Of a DNA stretch of 64,000 nucleotides, positions 39,914 through 49,808 are shown one piece after another. The notes under the pieces were generated by a model. That model made no database searches. It had not been told where the DNA came from and saw nothing but the letters and a program-made list of their open reading frames with translations. Source of the DNA: an uncultured Actinomycetota bacterium (lineage in GTDB: Bacteria > Actinomycetota > Actinomycetes > Prado026); contig CAWFVK010000003.1 of the NCBI GenBank assembly GCA_963819215.1, positions 138,062 to 202,061 of the forward strand. Reading direction: 5' to 3'. The position numbers were made by a program, and so were the translations under genes. Each line of letters starts with the position of its first letter. Position 1 is the stretch's first letter.

Positions 39914-40937
39914 TTGCTCATCGCCCAGCGCCCCACCCTCGCCGAAGAGGTCGTCGACGAGTTCCGCTCGCGCTTCGTCGTCGAGCCGCTCGAGCCCGGC
40001 TTCGGCTACACCCTCGGCAACTCGCTGCGCCGCACGCTGCTGTCGTCGATCCCCGGCGCGGCGGTCACGTCGATCCGCGTCGACGGCGTCCTGCACGAGT
40101 TCACGACCATCCCCGGGGTGAAGGAAGACGTCACCGACCTCATCCTCAACATCAAGCAGCTGGTCGTCAGCTCCGAGCACGACGAGCCCGTCGTGATGTA
40201 CCTGCGCAAGCAGGGCCCCGGTGACGTCACCGCCGCCGACATCGCCCCGCCGGCCGGCGTCGAGGTGCACAACCCCGAGCTCCACCTCGCGACCCTCAAC
40301 GGCAAGGGCAAGCTCGAGATCGAGCTCACCGTCGAGCGTGGCCGTGGCTACGTCTCCGCCGCGCTGAACAAGCAGCCCGGCCAGGAGATCGGCCGCATCC
40401 CCGTCGACTCCATCTACTCGCCGGTCATGCGCGTCACGTACAAGGTCGAGGCCACCCGCGTCGAGCAGCGCACCGACTTCGACCGCCTGATCGTCGACGT
40501 CGTCACCAAGAACTCGATGCACCCGCGGGACGCCGTCGCCAGCGCCGGCAAGACCCTGGTCGAGCTCTTCGGTCTCTTCCGCGAGCTCAACGTCGACGCC
40601 GAGGGCATCGACATGGGCCCGTCGCCGACGGACGCCGCGCTCGCCGCTGACCTCGCGCTCCCGATCGAGGACCTCGAGCTCACGGTGCGGTCGTACAACT
40701 GCCTCAAGCGCGAGGGCATCCACACCGTGGGCGAGCTCGTCTCGCGCAGCGAGGCGGACCTCCTCGACATCCGCAACTTCGGCGCGAAGTCCATCGACGA
40801 GGTGAAGGCCAAGCTCGTCGACCATGGGCCTGCAGCTCAAGGACAGCCCTCCCGGGTTCGACCCCGGACTCGTCGTGGACAACTACGGCGCGGACGACGA
40901 CGACTACCAGGTGTTCGCCGAGGACGAGCAGCTCTAG
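39914..40937 (+). pseudogene. rpoA: DNA-directed RNA polymerase subunit alpha, one +1 frame break at about 40822
   Basis: TTG start. [43 protein letters not shown]...[23 protein letters not shown]...KAKLVD, then [37 protein letters not shown] in the next frame. Confidence 0.92.
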
Positions 40938-40997
40938 AGCTGCTCGACCTCCGGCACCCACCTCGAACGGCCTACCTCGAACTAGGAGAGCGACACC

Positions 40998-41813
40998 ATG
41001 CCTACGCCCACCAAGGGCCCGCGTCTCGGCGGCGGTCCGGCGCACGAGCGGCTGATCCTGGCCAACCTTGCGACGAGCCTGTTCGAGCACGGCCGCATCA
41101 CGACCACCGAGGCCAAGGCCCGGCGGCTCCGTCCGGTCGCCGAGCGTCTCATCACCAAGGCGAAGCGTGGAGACCTCCACGCCCGGCGTCAGGTGATGGC
41201 GACCATCCGCGACAAGACGATCGTGCACGAGCTGTTCACCGAGATCGGTCCGCGCTACGCGAACCGTGACGGTGGCTACACGCGCATCACGAAGGTCGGT
41301 CCGCGCAAGGGTGACAACGCCCCGATGGCCGTCATCGAGCTCGTCGAGGCGCTGACCGTGTCCCAGCGCGCCGTCGGCGAGGCCGAGGGCGCGACCAGGC
41401 GTTCGGTCAAGGAGACCGCCGCGAAGAAGGCCCCGGCGAAGGCCCCTGCGGCCGCGTCCGAGGCTGCGGCTAGCACCGAGGACGCCACGGCCGAGGGCCC
41501 GTACGGTGCAGGATCGGCCGCCCCGCTCGAGGACGGCTCCGCACCCGAGGGCTTCCCGATCAAGGGCAACGTGGACTCCATGAAGTACCACACGGAGGAG
41601 TCCCCGTGGTTCGAGCAGACGGTGGCCGAGGTGTACTTCGCTGACGCAGCTGCTGCCGAGGCCGCTGGCTTCGAGGCTCCCTCGGGTCACGCGGGCGAGG
41701 AGGCCCACGCCGAGGCGATCGCCGAGACCGAGGGGCTTCCCGAGCAGGGCGCCGACGAGTCCGCGGCGGCGACCGACGCAGCCGACTCTGACGCAGACTC
41801 CGACAAGGAGTAG
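40998..41813 (+). CDS. rplQ: 50S ribosomal protein L17 with a C-terminal extension of about 150 aa
   Basis: [66 protein letters not shown]. The extension includes [43 protein letters not shown]. Confidence 0.93.
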   Translation: MPTPTKGPRLGGGPAHERLILANLATSLFEHGRITTTEAKARRLRPVAERLITKAKRGDLHARRQVMATIRDKTIVHELFTEIGPRYANRDGGYTRITKVGPRKGDNAPMAVIELVEALTVSQRAVGEAEGATRRSVKETAAKKAPAKAPAAASEAAASTEDATAEGPYGAGSAAPLEDGSAPEGFPIKGNVDSMKYHTEESPWFEQTVAEVYFADAAAAEAAGFEAPSGHAGEEAHAEAIAETEGLPEQGADESAAATDAADSDADSDKE

Positions 41814-41821
41814 CACCCACG

Positions 41822-42661
41822 GTGTTCGACGAGCCCGCTCCTCCCGTGGGGGAGAGCGGGCTCGTCCGCGTCCGGCTCGACCTCAGCTACGACGGCACGG
41901 ACTTCCACGGCTGGGCCCGGCAACCGGGACTGCGCACCGTCCAGGAGACGCTCGAGCACGCGATCGAGCTGGTCTACCGCCTGCCGGGGCGAGCCGCGCT
42001 CACCGTCGCCGGGAGAACCGACACCGGCGTCCACGCCCGGCACCAGGTCGCCCATGTCGATCTCACCGCGGACGCGCTCGCGGCCAAGCCGCAACCGCTG
42101 CGGGCGTTCGCGCGGCTGCTCCCTGGTGACGTCGTGGTGCGGTCGGTCACGATCGCGCCCGCCGGCTTCGACGCCCGGTTCGCCGCGCTCACCCGCCGCT
42201 ATGCCTACCGCGTGCACGACGGCGAGATCGCGCCCGACCCGTTGCGGCGCAGGGACGTGCTCTGGCACCGGCGCGACCTCGACGTCGACCGGCTGCGGGG
42301 GGCGTCGGCAGCGCTGGTCGGCCTCGCGGACTTCGCGGCCTTCTGCCGGTTCCGGCAGGGCGGGTCGACGGTGCGCGAGCTCCTGCGGCTCGACTGGGAG
42401 CGAGCACCGGACGGCCTCGTCGTCGCCACGGTCGTCGCCGACGCCTTCTGCCACTCGATGGTGCGCTCGCTGGTGGGGTCGCTGCTGCCGGTGGGGGACG
42501 GACGACGAGAGACGGACTGGCCGGCCCGGCTCCTGCAGGCCCGTACCCGTGACCCGTTGGTCCAGGTCGCGCAGCCGCATGGGCTGACGCTCGAGGAGGT
42601 CTGCTACCCGCCTGACGAGGAGCTTGCACGGCGGGTGGACATCACCCGCAACCCTCGCTGA
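41822..42661 (+). CDS. truA: tRNA pseudouridine(38-40) synthase
   Basis: VRLDLSYDGTDFHGWARQPGLRTVQETLE...AGRTDTGVHARHQVAHVD...FCHSMVRSLVG. Confidence 0.9.
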   Translation: MFDEPAPPVGESGLVRVRLDLSYDGTDFHGWARQPGLRTVQETLEHAIELVYRLPGRAALTVAGRTDTGVHARHQVAHVDLTADALAAKPQPLRAFARLLPGDVVVRSVTIAPAGFDARFAALTRRYAYRVHDGEIAPDPLRRRDVLWHRRDLDVDRLRGASAALVGLADFAAFCRFRQGGSTVRELLRLDWERAPDGLVVATVVADAFCHSMVRSLVGSLLPVGDGRRETDWPARLLQARTRDPLVQVAQPHGLTLEEVCYPPDEELARRVDITRNPR

Positions 42662-42838
42662 GCCTCCGCTCAGCGCGTCGGCTCCCCCCGCCCCTTAGCC
42701 ACAGCGGCATCGGGCGAGGGGGCTGGCAGCGTGAGGGGCAGGGCGAGGGACACGGTTGGGTAGTTCTGCCGATGCGCGGGAACGTCCTGCCAGTTCATGA
42801 TCAACGGATCGCGACGGTGCCGTTGACCTGGTGGGAGC

Positions 42839-44389
42839 GTGATAGTGCCGAGCCTGATCTCAGTCGACCGACGCTGCTCGCCGCGGCGTCCTGACGAGGC
42901 CGTACGAGAGGCGCTGGGCCTGCTGCAGCTCGTCCCGGCGCTTGCGTACGTCGAGATCGCGCCTCGGCCGTCCTGCTACCCCGACGGGGCGGTCGTCGTG
43001 CTGGGGGAGTCCCTCCACGAGCTCCTGGGTGGTGGCGATCGGGTCCGCACGACCCTCGACCTCCTCGCCGGTGCTGTCCATCCCGATGATCGCTCGCGTG
43101 TCCGGGCCGTCGGAGAGCAGGCGTTCACCGGCGCGGCTGAGCCGCTCGCGAGCCCCGTCGAGCTCCGGCTGATGACAGCTGACGGTTCCACGGTCGAGGT
43201 GGCCGCCCGCTGGGCACGACATCGCCCTGCTGCAGCCGGAGAAGGGCAGCTCCGGTTGGTGGTCCTCAGCGACCGCACCGAGGTCAGGGCGTTGCGCCAC
43301 GAGATCGAGCACCTCGAGCACTGGCGCGACCAGGCCATGGCGTCGCCCATCACGATGTACCGCGTCAACGACGCCGCGGGCTACGAGTTCATGTCGCGCC
43401 CGATCAGCGGCTGGGAGCCGGAGCGCTTCATCGAGGACAGCACGTTCTGGCAGGACATCATCCATCCGGACGACCGCGAGCGAGTCCTCGCCGAGGACGC
43501 CAGGACGATCGCCGAGCGCTGCTCGCTCGACGTCGCCTACCGCGTCCGTCGCCCGGACGGCACGTACCGCTGGATCCGCGACCACGCCGACCCCGTCGAG
43601 GAGCTCCCCGACGGCACCATGACCTGGGCCGGTTACACGATCGAGGTCACCGAGCTCCGCGAGGCCGAGCTCCTGCAACGGCGTGCGATGGGCCTGCTCG
43701 ACCAGCTGGTCGACCACTCGTCCGACGGCGTGTACGCCTATGACTCCAGCGGTTTCGTCCACGCCGACGTCGCGTGGTCCGGCTTCGACGGCTCGCGCTT
43801 CCTGAGCGATCCCTCCTTCTGGCGGTCCAGGATCGCGGCCGCAGACCGTCGTCGGGTCCTGCGCGCCATGAAGGACGCCGAGCTCCTGAACCAGCCCTAC
43901 GAGCTCGAGTACCGCTTCGTCACCGCCGGCGGCCAGCTGGTATGGGTCGCCGACTACGCCCGCCCGCACCTCGACGAGGAGACCGGCGAACGCACCTGGT
44001 ACGGCGTGGTCAGGGACATCACCGCGGAGCGGGCCCAGCAGACCGCCGTCGAGGCGCTGCGGGAGAGCCTCACGCCGCGGGAGCGCCAGGTCCTGAACCT
44101 GCTCGGCGAGGGTCGGAGCAACTCCGCCATCTCCCGTGCCCTGGTGATCAGTGAGCGGACCGTGCACTCGCACGTGCAGAACATCCTCGGCAAGCTCGGA
44201 CTGTCCAACCGCGCCGAGGCCGCTGCCCTGGTGGTGCGGCTGGGCGGTGGCGACATCGGTCACCTGCACCCGGTCGGTCAGCAGGACCACAACCGCGCCA
44301 AGGCCCCGGTTGGGACCAGCTTTCTGGACGGCCACACGGCATTCCTCGGAGCCGTGCCAGGTGCGCGCTCGGCGACCGCTGCCAGCTGA
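42839..44389 (+). CDS. PAS-domain (three PAS-like repeats) LuxR-family transcriptional regulator
   Basis: Intact 516-aa ORF. It has three ...HPDDR...(15-25 aa)...YR..RPDG...W-type PAS segments and a C-terminal [55 protein letters not shown]. The start (42839 or 42845) is uncertain. Confidence 0.75.
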   Translation: MIVPSLISVDRRCSPRRPDEAVREALGLLQLVPALAYVEIAPRPSCYPDGAVVVLGESLHELLGGGDRVRTTLDLLAGAVHPDDRSRVRAVGEQAFTGAAEPLASPVELRLMTADGSTVEVAARWARHRPAAAGEGQLRLVVLSDRTEVRALRHEIEHLEHWRDQAMASPITMYRVNDAAGYEFMSRPISGWEPERFIEDSTFWQDIIHPDDRERVLAEDARTIAERCSLDVAYRVRRPDGTYRWIRDHADPVEELPDGTMTWAGYTIEVTELREAELLQRRAMGLLDQLVDHSSDGVYAYDSSGFVHADVAWSGFDGSRFLSDPSFWRSRIAAADRRRVLRAMKDAELLNQPYELEYRFVTAGGQLVWVADYARPHLDEETGERTWYGVVRDITAERAQQTAVEALRESLTPRERQVLNLLGEGRSNSAISRALVISERTVHSHVQNILGKLGLSNRAEAAALVVRLGGGDIGHLHPVGQQDHNRAKAPVGTSFLDGHTAFLGAVPGARSATAAS

Positions 44390-44448
44390 CGCCCGTGTCG
44401 AGCGTCTCGGAGCGCACCAGAGCGGTCAGCAGGGCCTACCGTGCAGCC

Positions 44449-45378
44449 ATGCGGGTCGTGGTCGCCCTGGGTGGGAACGCCCTGCTGCGCCGTGGCGAGG
44501 CCATGACGGTGGAGGGCCAGCGCGCCAACGTGCGGATGGCAGCGCAGGCACTGGCCCCGGTCGCGCTCGAGCACGAGCTCGTGATCAGCCACGGCAACGG
44601 CCCGCAGGTCGGCCTGCTCGCCCTGCAGGCTGAGTCGTACGGTGCGGCGGAGGAGTACTCGTTCGACATCCTGGGCGCACAGACCGACGGCATGATCGGC
44701 TACCTCATCGAGCAGGAGCTCGGCAACCTGCTCCCGTTCGAGGTCCCGCTCGCGACCGTGCTCACCATGACCGAGGTCGACCCCGCCGACCCTTCGTTCG
44801 CGGACCCGTCCAAGTTCGTCGGGCCCGGCTACTCCGAGGCGGAGGCGCGCGCGCGGGCGGCTGCGAGGGGCTGGACCGTGAAGCAGGACGGCGACGCGTG
44901 GCGCAGGGTCGTCCCGTCGCCGATGCCGCTGCGCATCTTCGAGATCAGGCCGGTGCAGTGGCTGCTCGAGCAGGGCTGCGTCGTGGTGTGCACCGGTGGT
45001 GGCGGGATCCCGACGATGTACCGAGCCGGCACCCGGGAGCTCGTCGGCGCCGATGCCGTGATCGACAAGGACCGCTCGTCGGCAGTCCTCGCACGCGACC
45101 TCGACGCCGACCGGTTGGTGATCGTCACCGATGCCCCCGGCGTGCTCACCGACTGGCGGACTCCGCGGCAGCGCCTGGTCCGGCAGGCGCATCCCGACGC
45201 GTTGGCGGAGCTTCAGCTCCCCGCAGGCTCGATGGGCCCGAAGGTCGAGGCCGCCTGTGCGTTCGTCCGGCAGTCCGGTGGGGTGGCCGTGATCGGCGCG
45301 CTGTCCGACCTGCCCGCACTGCTCGCCGGCACGTCCGGGACCACCGTGTCGATGACGGCCCGAGGTCTCAGCTACTGA
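44449..45378 (+). CDS. arcC: carbamate kinase
   Basis: ATG 44449 inside ORF 44395..45378. [17 protein letters not shown]...[10 protein letters not shown]...[10 protein letters not shown]...CTGGGGIP...[13 protein letters not shown]. Confidence 0.85.
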   Translation: MRVVVALGGNALLRRGEAMTVEGQRANVRMAAQALAPVALEHELVISHGNGPQVGLLALQAESYGAAEEYSFDILGAQTDGMIGYLIEQELGNLLPFEVPLATVLTMTEVDPADPSFADPSKFVGPGYSEAEARARAAARGWTVKQDGDAWRRVVPSPMPLRIFEIRPVQWLLEQGCVVVCTGGGGIPTMYRAGTRELVGADAVIDKDRSSAVLARDLDADRLVIVTDAPGVLTDWRTPRQRLVRQAHPDALAELQLPAGSMGPKVEAACAFVRQSGGVAVIGALSDLPALLAGTSGTTVSMTARGLSY

Positions 45379-45381
45379 CGG

Positions 45382-45427
45382 TGCGACCGGCCGTCCGTTG
45401 CCAGGGGTGGACGGGGGTGCGGTCGCA
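45382..45427 (+). terminator. stem-loop after arcC. Its 3' arm can alternatively pair with 45449-45456
   Basis: TGCGACCG-g-CCGTCC-(12 nt)-GGACGG-gggtg-CGGTCGCA starts 4 nt after the arcC stop. GCGGTCGC (45419-45426) is also complementary to GCGACCGC (45449-45456). Confidence 0.4.
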
Positions 45428-45483
45428 GTCCTGTCAGGCAAAGGATTCGCGACCGCCCGAGCCGAGCAGCCAGACTGGCGCCC

Positions 45484-47088
45484 ATGGGCCACGTCGACGT
45501 CAGCAAGCTCGAGCACATCCTCCCGGACGGCCGGGTGCTGCTCGACGACGTCTCGCTGCGCGTCGGCGACGGTGCGAAGGTCGCGCTCGTGGGTCCCAAC
45601 GGCGCCGGCAAGACCACCTTGATGCGGATCGTCGCCGGCGACACTGTCCCGCAGGCCGGCACCGTCGCTCGCTCCGGGGGCCTGGGCGTGATGCGTCAGT
45701 TCATCGGGTCGGTGCGCGACGACTCGACGGTCCGCGACCTCCTCGTCTCGGTCGCACCGCCGGCGATCCGGCTGGCCGCCGCGGCCGTCGACGCCGCCGA
45801 GCTCGCGATGATGGAGAAGGACGACGAGAAGGAGCAGCTGCGCTACGCGCAGGCGCTGGCGGACTGGGGTGACGCCGGCGGGTACGAGGCCGAGGTGCTC
45901 TGGGACGTCTGCTGCACCGAGGCGCTCGGGACGCCGTGGGTGCGGGCCCAGTGGCGGGAGGTCCGGACGCTGTCCGGCGGCGAGCAGAAGCGCCTCGTGC
46001 TCGAGGCGCTGCTGCGCGGACCGGACGAGGTGCTGCTGCTCGACGAGCCCGACAACTATCTCGACGTGCCCGGCAAACGCTGGCTCGAGCAGGCGCTGAA
46101 CGACACGCCCAAGACCGTGCTCTACATCAGCCACGACCGCGAGCTGCTGGCCCGTACGGCGCAGCGGATCGTGACGCTGGAGGGTGGTTCGGCGTGGACC
46201 CACGGCGGCGGCTTCGCCTCGTACCACCAGGCCAGGGCCGAGCGGTACGAGCGCCTCGAGGAGCTCGTGCGCCGTTGGGACGAGGAGCACGTCCGGCTCA
46301 AGCAGCTGGTCAAGACGTTGCAGCAGCAGGCAGCGATCCGCCCGACATGGCGAACCGGTACCACGCGATGCAGACCCGGCTGCGGAGGTTCGAGGAGGCC
46401 GGGCCGCCGCAGGCCCCGCCGAAGGAGCAGAACGTCACCATGCGGCTCACCGGCGGCCGCACCGGCGTGCGCGCGGTGACCTGCGAAGGCCTCGGGCTCA
46501 GCGGCCTCATGAAGCCGTTCGACCTCGAGGTCTACTACGGCGAGCGGGTCGCGGTGCTGGGGAGCAACGGCTCGGGCAAGTCGCACTTCCTGCGGCTGCT
46601 GGCGGGTGGCGACGTCGCCCACCGAGGCAGCTGGAAGCTCGGGGCGCGGGTGGTCGCCGGGCACTTCGCGCAGACCCACGAGCATCCTGAGCTGTACGGC
46701 CGGACCCTGCTGGACATCCTCTGGGAGCACAAGGCGCTGCAGCGTGGCCCGGCGATGGGCGCGCTGCGCCGCTACGAGCTGCGACCGGCAGGCCGAGCAG
46801 GCTTTCGAGACGCTGTCCGGCGGCCAGCAGGCGCGGTTCCAGATCCTGCTCATGGAGCTCGACGGCGCCACCGCTGCTGCTGCTGGACGAGCCCACCGAC
46901 AACCTCGACCTCGCCTCCGCCGAGGCGCTCGAGGAGGGGCTGGAGGCCTTCGACGGCACGGTGCTGGCGGTCACCCACGACCGCTGGTTCGCGCGGGCTT
47001 CGACCGTTCCTGGTCTTCGGGGCGGACGGGACCGTGCTACCTGGCGCCGGAGCCGGTCTGGGACGAGGGCCGGGTGGTCGAGCCGTGA
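45484..47088 (+). pseudogene. ABC-F family ATPase (two ABC domains, no membrane domain), about 6 frame breaks from 46335 onward
   Basis: VALVGPNGAGKTTLMRIV...LSGGEQKRLVLEALL...LLLDEPDNYLD (ORF 45484..46479), VAVLGSNGSGKSHFLRLL (ORF 45936..47423), FETLSGGQQARFQILLMEL (ORF 46606..47088), and LLLLDEPTDNLDLASAEAL in the third frame. Confidence 0.8.
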
Positions 47089-47268
47089 GCTCAGCCTGGC
47101 GCCTCGACTCGGCAGGCTCGCCGGGCGCTTTTGACCCTCTTGGGGCCGGATGCGTCATCCTGAGGGGCCGGCGGCAGGTCCTCATCAGCCGCTGCACCTG
47201 GATCGTCGCGGGCCCGCAGCAGCATGCCAGGCCTGACGGAATCCTCGATGACGAGAAGAGCTACGACC

Positions 47269-47717
47269 GTGCGCACGTACAGCCCCAAGCCCGGCGAGGT
47301 CGAGCGCGAGTGGCACGTCATCGACGCCACCGACGTCGTGCTCGGCCGGCTCGCCACCCAGGCCGCCAAGCTGCTGCGCGGCAAGCACAAGCCGATCTTC
47401 GCGCCGCACGTCGACACCGGTGACTTCGTCATCATCATCAACGCCGGCAAGGTCGCGCTGACGGGCAACAAGCGCGAGCCAGAAGATGGCCTACCGCCAC
47501 TCGCGGCTTACCCGGGCGGGCTGTCCGCCGACGCCGCTACGCCGAGCTGCTGGACAAGCAACCCGAGCCGGCCGTCGAGAAGGCCATCAAGGGCATGCTC
47601 CCGCACAACACGCTCGGCCGCGCAGATGCGCGCAAGCTCAAGGTCTACGCCGGCCCCGAGCACCCGCACCAGGCGCAGCAGCCGGTGCCGTACGAGATCA
47701 CCCAGGTCGCGCAGTAG
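47269..47717 (+). pseudogene. rplM: 50S ribosomal protein L13, about 5 frame breaks
   Basis: GTG 47269 after [76 protein letters not shown] / MAYRHS / YPGGLSAD / [29 protein letters not shown] / [27 protein letters not shown]. Confidence 0.88.
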
Positions 47718-47791
47718 CGCGGCACCGCAGCCCTCCACCGACTGCCCCGACCCACCTCGACTTGCCCGAGAACCGCCGAGAGGAACGCGCC

Positions 47792-48324
47792 GTGACCGAG
47801 CACCCGACACCGCTGAGATCGAGCTCGAAGACGACTTGCTGCACGACGGATGACGACGCCGCTGACGATGCGGACGGCCCCAGCGAGTAACCTCCGAGAC
47901 CACGGTCGTCGCGGCCCGCGGGTCGTCGGCACCAAGCCCGGCCGCGGCCACCGGCCGTCGCAAGGAGGCCATCGCCCGCGTGCGCCTCGTCCCCGGCACC
48001 GGCAAGTGGACCGATCAACGGCCGCACCCTCGAGGACTACTTCCCGAACAAGGTCCACCAGCAGATCGTCAACGAGCCGTTCGGCGATCCTCGACGCTCG
48101 AGGGCCGCTACGACGTCATCGCCCGCATGCACGGCGGCGGCATCTCCGGTCAGGCCGGCGCCCTGCGCCTCGGCGTGGCCCGCGCGCTCAACGAGACCGA
48201 CGTCGAGGAGAACCGCCCGCCGCTGAAGAAGGCCGGCTTCCTGACCCGTGACGCGCGGGCCAACGAGCGCAAGAAGTACGGCCTGAAGAAGGCCCGCAAG
48301 GCGCCGCAGTACAGCAAGCGGTAA
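47792..48324 (+). pseudogene. rpsI: 30S ribosomal protein S9 (acidic N-terminal extension), about 6 frame breaks
   Basis: GTG 47792 after [29 protein letters not shown] / [23 protein letters not shown] / [32 protein letters not shown]...[18 protein letters not shown]. Confidence 0.88.
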
Positions 48325-48344
48325 TGCGCGGGCTGCGCCACCCG

Positions 48345-49799
48345 ATGGGAGCCCAGGGACGCCTCTTCGGCACCGACGGTGTCCGTGGGCGCTGGCCAAC
48401 GCGCGACCTCACCGCCGAGCTGGCGCTCGACCTCGCGGTGGCGGCGGCGCACGTGCTCGGCGATGCCGGCGAGTTCGAGGGGCACCGTCCGGTCGCTGTG
48501 GTCGGTCGCGACCCGCGCGCCTCCGGAGAGTTCCTGGAGGCGGCCGTGGTGGCCGGGCTGGCCAGCGCCGGCGTCCGACGTGCTCGGCGTCGGCGTGCAT
48601 GCCGACCCCGGCGGTCGCCTACCTCACCGGCTGACCTCGGCGCGGACCTCGGCGTGATGCTCTCGGCCAGCCACAACCCGATGCCGGACAACGGCATCAA
48701 GTTCTTCGCGCCGCGGCGGGCACAAGCTGGACGACGCCATCGAGGACGCGATCGAGGCCGGATGCTCGAGCCGTGGCAGCGCCCGGCCGGCCGGCCGCGG
48801 CCGGTCGGCCGGGTCGCGCGACCTGCCCGAGGCGTCGGCCGCGTACGTCGACCACCTGCTCGCCGCCGCTGCCCGACCGCGCTCGACGGGCTGCAGGTCG
48901 TCGTCGACTGCGCGAACGGCGCGGCCTCGGCACCGCGCCCGAGGCCTACTGCGCCGGGCCGGCGCCGAGGTCGACGCGCGATCGACGCCGAGCCGGACGG
49001 CCTGAACATCAACGACGGCTGCGGCTCGACCCACCTCGGGCCGCTCGCGGCCGCGGTGCGTCGAGCACGGGGCCGACGTCGGCATCGCCCACGACGGCGA
49101 CGCCGACCGCTGCCTGGCCGTCGACGCCGACGGCGACGTGGTCGACGGCGACCAGATCCTCGCGGTGCTGCGCCGTCGCGCTGCGCGACGCGGGCGCGCT
49201 GGCCGGCGACACCGTCGTCGGCACCGTGATGAGCAACCTCGGCTTCAAGCTCGGCGATGCAGCGACGCCGGGCATCAAGGTGGTCGAGACCGCGGTGGGT
49301 GACCGGTACGTGCTCGAGGCGATGCGGGCCGGCGGCTACGTCCTGGGCGGCGAGCAGTCCGGCCACGTCGTCATGCTCGACCACGCCACCACCGGCGACG
49401 GCATCGCTGACCGGCCTGCACCTGCTGGCCGCGGATGGCGCCGACCGGCCGCTCGCTGGCCGATCTCGCCGCGGTGATGACGCGGCTGCCCCAGGTGCTG
49501 GTCAACGTCCGGGGGTCGACCGACGAAGGCCTCGTGCGCAGCCGCGTCGACTGGCGGCGGCGGTCGCGGCTGCCGAGGCCGAGCTCGGCGACACCGGCCG
49601 GGTGCTGCTGCGGCCGAGCGGCACCGAGCCGCTGGTCCGGGTGATGGTCGAGGCGCCCGACGCCGCGCAGGCCCAGGCGATCGCGGACCGGCTGGCCGCC
49701 GTGGTGCGGACCGAGCTCGCGCTGGCGGGTCCGGCGCTGACCCGACGTGCCGAATGCCGACGCCGCGGAGCTCGGCCCGGCCGCGAGCGTAGCCGCTAG
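48345..49799 (+). pseudogene. glmM: phosphoglucosamine mutase, heavily disrupted (at least 10 frame breaks). The 3' end is uncertain
   Basis: MGAQGRLFGTDGVRG...RDLTAELALDLAVAAAHVLG...[19 protein letters not shown]...[11 protein letters not shown]...[19 protein letters not shown] (ORF 48324..49229). [64 protein letters not shown] and [19 protein letters not shown] appear in other frames. Confidence 0.85.
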
Positions 49800-49808
49800 G
49801 CTGGACCC

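Noticed and set aside
45484-47088. Calling the ABC-F gene an antibiotic-resistance (ARE) determinant
   Set aside because: Only the generic ABC-F architecture is visible, and the linker region that distinguishes the subfamilies is frame-shifted. Subfamily assignment needs a phylogeny I cannot run.
42662-47268. The truA-rplM accessory genes as a horizontally acquired island or mobile element
   Set aside because: There is no integrase, transposase or recombinase, no flanking direct or inverted repeats, and no tRNA at the borders. Base composition and codon style look the same as in the neighbouring core genes.
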